NCBI GenBank assembly: GCA_035490435.1
Contig: DATHEF010000027.1
Location: 20,193 to 84,192 of the forward strand
Length of the DNA: 64,000 bases
DNA from: Thermoanaerobaculia bacterium
GTDB taxonomy: Bacteria > Acidobacteriota > Thermoanaerobaculia > Multivoradales > UBA5704
Reading direction: 5' to 3'
Part shown: positions 33,578 to 40,793 of the stretch, one piece after another
Layout of the letters: the number at the start of each line of letters is the position of its first letter
Position numbering within the stretch: position 1 is the stretch's first letter
Notes under the pieces: model-generated
Told to the model about the DNA's origin: nothing
Databases searched by the model: none
The model's input: only the letters and a program-made list of their open reading frames with translations
Made by a program: the position numbers and the translations under genes

Positions 33578-34393
33578 ATGCCGTCCCGCCGCATCTTCCC
33601 GCCCGAGCCCGCCGTCACCGGGGAGACCCGCATACAGCGCTGGCGGCGCAAGCGGCGCACCTACGTCCTGCGCTGGTTCGACCGCGCGATCCTCTCCCTC
33701 TACCGGATGATCCACTGGCTCGACCGCAAGGCTCCCGTCGAGAGGCGCTACTTCCGGGTGGCGATCTTCGGCTCCAGCCGCATCCAGCCGGAGGACGAGA
33801 CCTATGCCCAGGTGCGCGAGCTCGCCCGCCAGCTCTCCTACATGGGGTGCGACATCGTCACCGGCGGCGGCCCCGGCCTGATGCGGGCGGCCAACGAGGG
33901 GGCCCGGGCCGGCGCCTACCACTACAAGACCCGCTCCTTCGGGCTCACCATCCTCCTGCCCATGGAGGAGCAGCCCAATCCCTTCATCGACGAGGTGGCC
34001 CAGCACTCGATGTTCTTCTCCCGCCTCCACCAGTTCATCCGCCTCTCGCACGCCTACATCGTGATGGACGGCGGCATCGGCACCACCCTGGAGGCGATGA
34101 TGGTCTGGCAGCTCCTGCAGGTGCGGCTGATGAGCGGCCGGACGCTCATCTTCGTGGGGCCGATGTGGCGGGGCTTGCGGAGCTGGATCGAGCGCGAGAT
34201 CATCGGACGCGGACTCGCCTCGCCGCCGGATCTCGACCTCGCCGTCTGGGTGGATACCGTCGACGAAGCCCTGGAGGTGGTGACGCGCGCGCTCGCGGAT
34301 TTCCTCCGCCAGCACAAGGTGATCCTCCCGCCGGCGCTGGAAGAGCCGCCCGGAGGGGCCCCCGTGATCCCGGTCGGCCCCGAGGTCGAGTGA
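33578..34393 (+). CDS. LOG-family protein (cytokinin riboside 5'-monophosphate phosphoribohydrolase-like, TIGR00730)
   Basis: Rossmann motifs VTGGGPGLMRAANEGA and IVMDGGIGTTLE. Confidence 0.8.
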   Translation: MPSRRIFPPEPAVTGETRIQRWRRKRRTYVLRWFDRAILSLYRMIHWLDRKAPVERRYFRVAIFGSSRIQPEDETYAQVRELARQLSYMGCDIVTGGGPGLMRAANEGARAGAYHYKTRSFGLTILLPMEEQPNPFIDEVAQHSMFFSRLHQFIRLSHAYIVMDGGIGTTLEAMMVWQLLQVRLMSGRTLIFVGPMWRGLRSWIEREIIGRGLASPPDLDLAVWVDTVDEALEVVTRALADFLRQHKVILPPALEEPPGGAPVIPVGPEVE

Positions 34394-34398
34394 GCTTG

Positions 34399-34671
34399 GC
34401 GACCCGCGGTTTCAACTCTCCGACCCACGGTCCGAGGACTCCGACCCGTGGGTTCAAGATCCCGACCCGCGGGTCCGACTCTCCGACCCATGGATCCAGC
34501 ACTCCGACCCACGGGTCCACTTCTCCGGACCACGGGTCCAAGACTCCGACCCCCGGGTCCGACTCTCCGGACCGCGGGTCCGCCCCTCCGACCCACGGGT
34601 CCGGCTTTCCAATTCACGGGTCCGACTCCGCGGACCACGGGTCCGGCGCTGCAAACCGCGGGTCCGGCCGC
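34399..34671. repeat. 13 tandem 21-bp repeats, consensus CGACCCRCGGGTCCGACTCTC, each containing the 12-bp palindrome GACCCNNGGGTC
   Basis: Units enumerated directly from the sequence. The array fills the gap between the LOG gene and tolQ. No start-codon-bearing ORF spans it. Confidence 0.85.
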
Positions 34672-34765
34672 GGCTCCGAATTCGCGCCCGGCACATCCTT
34701 TGCTCATGCCGAGGTGACATGGTACGTTCCGGCCGCGTAGCGCGTAGAAGGGTGAAAGGGGACGC

Positions 34766-35491
34766 ATGCTCTCAATGGCTCTGATCTTTTTCCAGGCCGG
34801 TCCCGCGGGGTCTGGCATGTTCCGCTTCTTTCTGCAGGCGGGGCCGATGGCGAAGTTCATCCTCGCCCTGCTCGTGCTGTTCTCGATCGGCTCCTGGGCG
34901 ATCATCTTCGGCAAGCTGGTGCAGTTCCGCCGCGCCGACCGCCAGAGCGAGAAGTTCCTCGAGACCTTCCACCGCAGCCAGCGGTTCAGCGAGGTCAACG
35001 CCCAGTCCAGCAAGCTCAGCGCCTCGCCGCTGGTGGGGATCTTCCAGGCCGGTTATGCCGAGATCGACGCCCAGATCAAGAACGCCCCGGACCCGGAGCG
35101 GCCCGGCGAGAAGCGGGCCTACCGCATCAGCTCGGTCCCCGCTCTGGAGCGGACGCTGACGCGGGCGGTCAACGGCGAGCTCCAGGGGGTCACTCGCTGG
35201 CTGGGTTTCCTTGCCACCACCGCCTCCGCGACGCCGTTCATCGGCCTTTTTGGCACGGTGTGGGGGATCATGCAGGCCTTCAACGACATCGGCCTCCAGG
35301 GCTCGACCTCGATCGTGGCGGTGGCGCCGGGCATTGCCGAGGCGCTGATCAACACCGCGGCCGGCCTCGCCGCGGCCATCCCGGCCCTGATCAGCTACAA
35401 CTACTTCTCCCAGTACTCCCGCCGGCTGCGGATGCGCATGGAAGACTTCTCCCTGGAGTTCCTGAACCTCGCGGAGCGGAACTTCACGTAG
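34766..35491 (+). CDS. tolQ: TolQ/ExbB proton-channel protein
   Basis: MotA/TolQ/ExbB signature TAPFIGLFGTVWGIM and 3 TM helices. Confidence 0.85.
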   Translation: MLSMALIFFQAGPAGSGMFRFFLQAGPMAKFILALLVLFSIGSWAIIFGKLVQFRRADRQSEKFLETFHRSQRFSEVNAQSSKLSASPLVGIFQAGYAEIDAQIKNAPDPERPGEKRAYRISSVPALERTLTRAVNGELQGVTRWLGFLATTASATPFIGLFGTVWGIMQAFNDIGLQGSTSIVAVAPGIAEALINTAAGLAAAIPALISYNYFSQYSRRLRMRMEDFSLEFLNLAERNFT

Positions 35492-35539
35492 GCCCGGTGT
35501 CTTTTCCCCGGGTCGCGGTGTCTAAGAGGTAGGAAGACG

Positions 35540-35980
35540 ATGGCATTCAATTTTGGCAGCGGCGGCGACGACGAACCGGTCCTCGCCGACATCAACGTCA
35601 CCCCGCTGGTGGACGTGATGCTGGTGCTTCTGATCATCTTCATGATCGCCGCCCCCATGCTGCACCAGGGGGTCGAGGTCGCCCTGCCGAAGGCGAACGC
35701 CCCCAACCTGCCTTTGCGGGTGCAGGACCCGCTGGTGGTCTCGATCGACCGCAACGGCCGCATCTACCTGCGGGAGTCGGCGGTGGAGAGCGACGAGCTG
35801 GTCGCCCGCATCAAGGCCCAGATCTCCGCGCGCGGCGACGATACGGTGTTCCTCAAGGGGGACCGCGACGTCCCCTACGGCAAGGTCATCGAGGTGCTCG
35901 ACATTCTCCACCAGGGGGGCATCGTGCACGTGGGCATGGTCACGGATCGCCGGACGGAAAGGGGACGGCGCGCGTCGTGA
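35540..35980 (+). CDS. tolR: TolR/ExbD
   Basis: INVTPLVDVMLVLLIIFM TM helix with the conserved Asp; periplasmic domain. Confidence 0.85.
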   Translation: MAFNFGSGGDDEPVLADINVTPLVDVMLVLLIIFMIAAPMLHQGVEVALPKANAPNLPLRVQDPLVVSIDRNGRIYLRESAVESDELVARIKAQISARGDDTVFLKGDRDVPYGKVIEVLDILHQGGIVHVGMVTDRRTERGRRAS

Positions 35981-36864
35981 GCCTGGCGGTCGACCGCATC
36001 CTCGAGCGGCGATCGCGGCGCGAGGGTCGCCGGCCGGAGGCGATGAGCCTCGCCGCCGCCGCGGTTCTCCACCTGGCCGTGGTGGCGCTGGTCCTGCTGC
36101 TGCCGCGCCTCAACCCTCCTCCCCCACCCCTGGCGTTCGTGCCGGTGCAGATCGTCCCCGCCCAGGCGCTGGGGGTCCGCAAGCCGGCGAGCCGGCCCAA
36201 GGCCGAGAAGCCCGCGCCGCCCAAACCGGAGCCGGCCGAAGAGGAGCCGGAGCCCCCGGCGCCCGAGCCGCCGAAGCCGAAGCCGGAACCCAAGCCGGAG
36301 CCCCCCGAGCCGAAGCCGGTCCGCGAGGACGTGCCGGTGCTCCCCGACAAGCCGGTCAAGAAGCCCGAGAAGCCGAAGCCGGCCGACACCAGCGAGCTCC
36401 CCAGACCGGCGGCGCCGGCCAGCAAGAAACCGGCCGTCCCCAAGCCGCCGGCGAGCGGCGGCACCGGCAACAACCCCGCCGGCACCACGCCCAAGGGGGA
36501 CGACAACGGCGAGGCCGGCCGGCGCGGCGCGCCCGACGCCAACCCGCTCGGCACCTCCTCGTTCGGCTCGCAGATCGCCGGGCTGGACAACCCGGACTTC
36601 AAGTTCGGCTACTACATCGACCAGCTCCTGGGGGCGATCGACTCGAAATGGGTGCGGCCGCCGCTCGGCAACGAGGTCAAGGCGACAATCTCCTTCCGCA
36701 TTCAGCGGGACGGCAGCATCACCGATCTCCAGGTAGCCCAATCCTCGGGCTACAATTCCTTCGATCTCGCGGCGTTGCGCGCGGTCCAGAACGCGTCCCC
36801 CTTCCCGCCCCTGCCGCGGGCGTATCGCAACGATTCCCTGGGAGTCAACCTGATCGTCCGCTGA
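35977..36864 (+). CDS. tolA: TonB-family energy transducer (TolA position in operon)
   Basis: N-terminal TM, Pro/Lys/Glu-rich spacer, C-terminal TonB domain (VKATISFRIQRDGSITDLQVAQSSGYNSFDLAALRAV). Confidence 0.7.
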   Translation: MSLAVDRILERRSRREGRRPEAMSLAAAAVLHLAVVALVLLLPRLNPPPPPLAFVPVQIVPAQALGVRKPASRPKAEKPAPPKPEPAEEEPEPPAPEPPKPKPEPKPEPPEPKPVREDVPVLPDKPVKKPEKPKPADTSELPRPAAPASKKPAVPKPPASGGTGNNPAGTTPKGDDNGEAGRRGAPDANPLGTSSFGSQIAGLDNPDFKFGYYIDQLLGAIDSKWVRPPLGNEVKATISFRIQRDGSITDLQVAQSSGYNSFDLAALRAVQNASPFPPLPRAYRNDSLGVNLIVR

Positions 36865-36870
36865 GGTGAC

Positions 36871-38232
36871 ATGAAACCGAGATTCGCTATCCTGACCGTT
36901 CTTCTTTCCTGCCTGCTCCTCGCCGGGCTGGTGCTCTCCGCCCAACAGACGCCACCGCCGCAGGAGCTGCAGCCCGGGCAACCGCCGGGGCAGGTCACGA
37001 TCACGCTCGACCGCGGCGGCGCGCAGCCACGCAAGATCAAGCTCGCCTTCCCCGCCTTCCGCAGCCTGGGACAGCTCACCGGCGCCGGCGGCGCGGTCCG
37101 CGAGCTCGAAGAGACGGTGCGGCGCGACCTCGACGTCTCGGGCTACTTCGAGATTCAGGGGCCGGACGCGCTCTCCGGGCTCTCGCTCACCGGCGACGTG
37201 CAGAAGGACCTCGTGGCCTACCGCTCGACCGGCAACGAGGTGCTGCTGCTCGGCGACCTGCGGGTGGAAGGGGAAAAGCTGGTCTTCGAGGGGCGGGTGC
37301 TCGACCTCGGCAGCGGCCAGGCGGTGCTCGCCAAGCGCTACAGCGGCCCCTTCTCGGTCAGCCGGCGGATGGCCCATACCTTCGCCGACGAGGTGATCCG
37401 CTTCCTGGTCGGCAAGAAGGGGATCGCCCTCTCCGAGATCGCCTATACCTCGGACCGCGGCGGCAGCAAAGAGATCTACGTCATGGACTACGATGGGGAG
37501 AACCCGCGCAAGATCACCGGCCACCGCTCGACCTCGATGTCCCCGGCGTGGAGCCCGAACGGCGGGTCGATCGCCTACACCTCCTTCTTCAACGGCGGGC
37601 CGGGCCTTTATCTCGCCGACCTCGGGAGCGGCCGCAAGCGCCCGATCATCACCTCCGGCTCGCTCAACACCAGCCCAAGCTTCGCGCCCGACGGCGGCCG
37701 CGTCGCGTTCGCGCGCTCCTTCGACGGCAACGTCGAGATCGTCGTCACCGATCTCAGCGGCGGCAACCTGCGCCGGCTGACCAACTCGAACGCCATCGAG
37801 ACCAATCCGGCCTGGAGCCCCAAGGGAGGGGAGATCGCCTTCACCTCCAGCCGGGCCGGCAATCCGCACATCTACCTGATGGACTCCGAGGGGGCCAACC
37901 AGCGGCGCATCACCTACGACGGCACCTACAACGACGGCGCGTCCTGGAACCCGGAAGGGGACCTGATCGCCTACACCAGCCGGCGCGACGGGCAGTTCCA
38001 GATCGCGGTGACCAACGTGGTGACCCTGGAGAGCCGGGTGCTCACCTCCGGCCCCGGCGAGAACCAGTCGCCGACCTTTTCGCCGGACGGCCGCAAGATC
38101 GCCTTCACCTCCAGCCGCGGCGGCGGCAAGCAGATCTACGTCATGGACCTCGACGGCGGCAACGTCCGCCAGCTCACGACCGAGGGGAGCAACGATCTCG
38201 CCGATTGGTCGCGGAGCGTGCCAGAGAGGTAA
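36871..38232 (+). CDS. tolB: TolB periplasmic beta-propeller protein
   Basis: Signal peptide, TolB N-terminal domain, repeated PD40 units (SPxWSPDG...IAF/YTS). Confidence 0.9.
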   Translation: MKPRFAILTVLLSCLLLAGLVLSAQQTPPPQELQPGQPPGQVTITLDRGGAQPRKIKLAFPAFRSLGQLTGAGGAVRELEETVRRDLDVSGYFEIQGPDALSGLSLTGDVQKDLVAYRSTGNEVLLLGDLRVEGEKLVFEGRVLDLGSGQAVLAKRYSGPFSVSRRMAHTFADEVIRFLVGKKGIALSEIAYTSDRGGSKEIYVMDYDGENPRKITGHRSTSMSPAWSPNGGSIAYTSFFNGGPGLYLADLGSGRKRPIITSGSLNTSPSFAPDGGRVAFARSFDGNVEIVVTDLSGGNLRRLTNSNAIETNPAWSPKGGEIAFTSSRAGNPHIYLMDSEGANQRRITYDGTYNDGASWNPEGDLIAYTSRRDGQFQIAVTNVVTLESRVLTSGPGENQSPTFSPDGRKIAFTSSRGGGKQIYVMDLDGGNVRQLTTEGSNDLADWSRSVPER

Positions 38233-38301
38233 ACGTTTGATAGAGTTGAGAGACGACGTATTCCGAGCTGTACCGACCAGCGTTTTGAACGAGGAGAGAT
38301 C

Positions 38302-38901
38302 ATGAACCGAAAGTGGATGATATGGATGGTGATGGCGACCCTTCTGACCTTCCTGTATGGATGCCCGAAGAAGAAGCCCGCCACCCCGCCGTCCGACCTG
38401 AACGTGGAGACCACCACCGTGCCGGCCTCCCCCAGCACCCCGCCGCCGGCTCAGGACGTGCAGCAGCCGGCGACCCCCGAGGTGAACGACCAGACGGAGG
38501 ATCTGCTGAAGTCGGCGGATCTCCAGGTGGTCAACGACGAGCTCAAGCGGCGCGGCTTCAGCCCGGACATCTACTTCGACTACGACGAGGCCACCCTGAG
38601 CGACGACACCCGGGACAAGCTGTCGCGCAACGCCGACCTGCTGAAGAGCCAGGCGCAGTTCTCGATGACCCTCGAGGGGCACGCCGACTCGCGGGGCACC
38701 AACGAGTACAACCTGGCCCTCGGCGAGCGCCGCGCCAACGCGGTCAAGCAGTACCTGGGATCGCTTGGCGTGGGCGCCGACCGCATGCGCACCCTCTCCT
38801 ACGGCAAGGAGCGCCCCGTCTGCACCGAGGAGGTCGAGAGCTGCTGGTCGCAGAACCGCCGCGTCCACATGATCATCACCGGGCGCTCGAACGTCGGTTG
38901 A
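38302..38901 (+). CDS. pal: Peptidoglycan-associated lipoprotein Pal (OmpA-C domain)
   Basis: Lipobox LYGC. OmpA-like domain IYFDYDEATLSD...LEGHADSRGTNEYNLALGERRA. Confidence 0.9.
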   Translation: MNRKWMIWMVMATLLTFLYGCPKKKPATPPSDLNVETTTVPASPSTPPPAQDVQQPATPEVNDQTEDLLKSADLQVVNDELKRRGFSPDIYFDYDEATLSDDTRDKLSRNADLLKSQAQFSMTLEGHADSRGTNEYNLALGERRANAVKQYLGSLGVGADRMRTLSYGKERPVCTEEVESCWSQNRRVHMIITGRSNVG

Positions 38902-38911
38902 GCGGGCTGTC

Positions 38912-39772
38912 ATGAAGCACCACCGCGCTCTTCCCCTCGCCGTTTGCCTCGTGGCGGCGCTGGCCGCCACGGGGTGCGTCTCGACCCAGGACATCGAGGG
39001 CCTACAGTCGCAGCTCTCCGACATCCAGCGGCAGATGCTGCAGCTCCAGAAGCAGGCCCAGGAGGCCCCGAGCAAGCAGGAGGTCGCAACCCTCGGCAGC
39101 AACGTCGGCCAGCAGATGCAGGGCCTGCTCAGGACCGAGGCCGACATGCAGGTCAAGCTGCAGGACCTCGGCGGCCAGATCGAGGCTCTGCAGGCCAAGC
39201 TCGAGGACACCAACTACCGCCTCTCGCAGCTCTCGCAGCAGATCGCGACGACCAACCAGGAGCTCAAGAGCTTCCGCAACCAGCCCGCGGCCCCGCAGGC
39301 CGCGCCGGCTGACGACGGCGCCCCGCCACCGCAGTCCCCGCCGCCGGCACAGCCGCCGGTGCCAAGCGGCGGCGGCGGCGCCGGGATCGATCCCAAGAGC
39401 CTCTACGACGCGGCCTACAACGATTACCTGAAGGGGAACTTCGACCTCGGGGTGCGCGAGTTCCAGGAGTACCTGGCGAACTTCCCCGCCACCGACCTCT
39501 CCGACAACGCGGCCTACTGGATCGCCGAGTCCTACTACCGGCAGCGGCGCTTCCGGCAGGCGATCGACCAGTTCGACGTCGTGCTGAACCGCTATCCCAA
39601 GGGGGACAAGGTGCCGAGCGCCCTGCTCAAGAAGGGGTACTCGCTCCTCGAGCTCGGCCAGCGCCCGCAGGGTGTGGTCCAGCTCCAGCACGTCATCCGC
39701 CAGTACCCCACGAGCGACGAGGCCAACCTCGCGCGGCAGCGGCTGCGCGAGGTCGGGGTCGACGCCGGTTAA
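38912..39772 (+). CDS. cpoB: Tol-Pal system protein CpoB/YbgF (coiled-coil + TPR)
   Basis: Lipobox/signal, long coiled coil, C-terminal TPR (YDAAYNDYLKGNFDLGVREFQEYL...YWIAESYY). Confidence 0.8.
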   Translation: MKHHRALPLAVCLVAALAATGCVSTQDIEGLQSQLSDIQRQMLQLQKQAQEAPSKQEVATLGSNVGQQMQGLLRTEADMQVKLQDLGGQIEALQAKLEDTNYRLSQLSQQIATTNQELKSFRNQPAAPQAAPADDGAPPPQSPPPAQPPVPSGGGGAGIDPKSLYDAAYNDYLKGNFDLGVREFQEYLANFPATDLSDNAAYWIAESYYRQRRFRQAIDQFDVVLNRYPKGDKVPSALLKKGYSLLELGQRPQGVVQLQHVIRQYPTSDEANLARQRLREVGVDAG

Positions 39773-39783
39773 ATACCGGTTAG

Positions 39784-39835
39784 TTGACAGGCCCGGAGGC
39801 AGATGCTATAAAGCTTTGTCGCACTTCGGTGCGAC
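39784..39835 (+). promoter_or_regulatory. rpsT promoter TTGACA-17-TATAAA plus 5'-UTR hairpin GTCGCACTTCGGTGCGAC
   Basis: Hexamers at 39784-89 and 39807-12; hairpin at 39818-35. S20 is known to autoregulate at its leader. Confidence 0.6.
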
Positions 39836-39900
39836 TTCGTGTTTCACGGGAACTCTTTCCCTCCGACAACCGAAACCCAAGCGAGAGCGACGAAGGAAAT

Positions 39901-40167
39901 ATGGCGAATACCAAGTCGGCTGAGAAGCGCATCCGTCAGAACGTTCAGGCCCGGGAGCGCAACCGCGCGCACCGTTCGACCCTGCGCACCGCGATCAAGA
40001 AGCTCCGCACCGCCGTCGCGAGCGGCGATGCCACCCGCGCGCAGGCGCTCCTGCCGGAGACGCTGGGCATCATCGACAAGACGGCCCAGAAGAAGGTCAT
40101 CCACTCGAACACCGCCTCGCGCTACAAGTCCCGCCTGGCCCTGAAAGTCGCCGCCCTCGGCAAGTAG
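39901..40167 (+). CDS. rpsT: 30S ribosomal protein S20
   Basis: MANTKSAEKRIRQNVQARERNRAHRS... is canonical S20, 88 aa. Confidence 0.95.
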   Translation: MANTKSAEKRIRQNVQARERNRAHRSTLRTAIKKLRTAVASGDATRAQALLPETLGIIDKTAQKKVIHSNTASRYKSRLALKVAALGK

Positions 40168-40182
40168 GGCGGTCGTTCATGA

Positions 40183-40240
40183 AAAAGCCCCGAAGGGGCG
40201 ACACCCAACGTTGAGTGTCGCCCCTTCGGGGCTTTGAGCT
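40183..40240. terminator. Bidirectional intrinsic terminator (twin GCCCCGAAGGGGC / GCCCCTTCGGGGC hairpins with flanking T/A runs) between rpsT and lptE
   Basis: Read directly. GCCCCTTCGGGGCTTT on the plus strand; GCCCCTTCGGGGCTTTTTC on the minus strand. Confidence 0.75.
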
Positions 40241-40253
40241 TTCAGGGCAACTC

Positions 40254-40793
40254 CTAGAAACCTTCGAGCAGGTCCGTCACCAGCGTCTCGGCGAAGCGCT
40301 TCGAGGCGCGGTCGATCGTCTCGTTCTCACGGTCGAAAAAATCGGCGGCGGTGGGGTCGAGAGGATAGTTCTCGCGGAAGGTGTAGCGGTCGCTCTTCCA
40401 GATCACCTTCCCCTCCGTCCCCACCCGCTTGAAGGTGATCTGGGCGGTGATCGCGATCTCGTACTCGTTGGCGCGGCCGGTGGCGTCGAAGGTGACCGGA
40501 GTCACCGCGAAGCCGGTCACCGCGCCGACGATCTCGGCGTTGGCCTGCGCTTCGCTGGCCACGATCGAGAAGCGCTGGCGGGTCACCAACTCGGTGGCGA
40601 TCGCCTGGGTGAGCGACTGCTCCACCTGCTGGCGCTGGGTCTGGTTGACCAGCGGCTGGAGATAGACCGCCTTGACGTCCGCCGGCACGTTGCTGCTGCG
40701 CCCTACCAGGGCGTAGCCGCAGCCGGAGAGGGCGAGCAGCAGGGCCGCGAGCGACCCGGATAGCAACGCTTTTTTCATCCAAATTACTTTCAT
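40254..40793 (-). CDS. lptE: LPS-assembly lipoprotein LptE
   Basis: Lipobox LSGC; LptE-like fold size; sits directly downstream of leuS. ATGA overlap with the leuS stop. Confidence 0.7.
   Translation of the reverse strand: MKVIWMKKALLSGSLAALLLALSGCGYALVGRSSNVPADVKAVYLQPLVNQTQRQQVEQSLTQAIATELVTRQRFSIVASEAQANAEIVGAVTGFAVTPVTFDATGRANEYEIAITAQITFKRVGTEGKVIWKSDRYTFRENYPLDPTAADFFDRENETIDRASKRFAETLVTDLLEGF

Noticed and set aside
34398-34700. Possibility that the 21-bp array is a CRISPR array
   Set aside because: The units are contiguous with no unique spacers of uniform length. The variable part is only ~4-9 nt within each 21-mer, and there are no cas genes. It is a minisatellite/iteron-like array.
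33847-35013. ORFs 33847..34740(+), 34054..35013(-), 34200..34541(-) and 34448..34717(+/-) encoding PTHGSDS or RTRGSES heptad peptides
   Set aside because: All are translations of the 21-bp tandem array in different frames. None has a credible start or RBS, and they overlap the well-supported LOG and tolQ genes.
35875-39213. 1112-aa minus-strand ORF across the tol-pal operon
   Set aside because: Antisense to tolA/tolB/pal/cpoB, which have unambiguous homology on the plus strand. It is a high-GC artefact.
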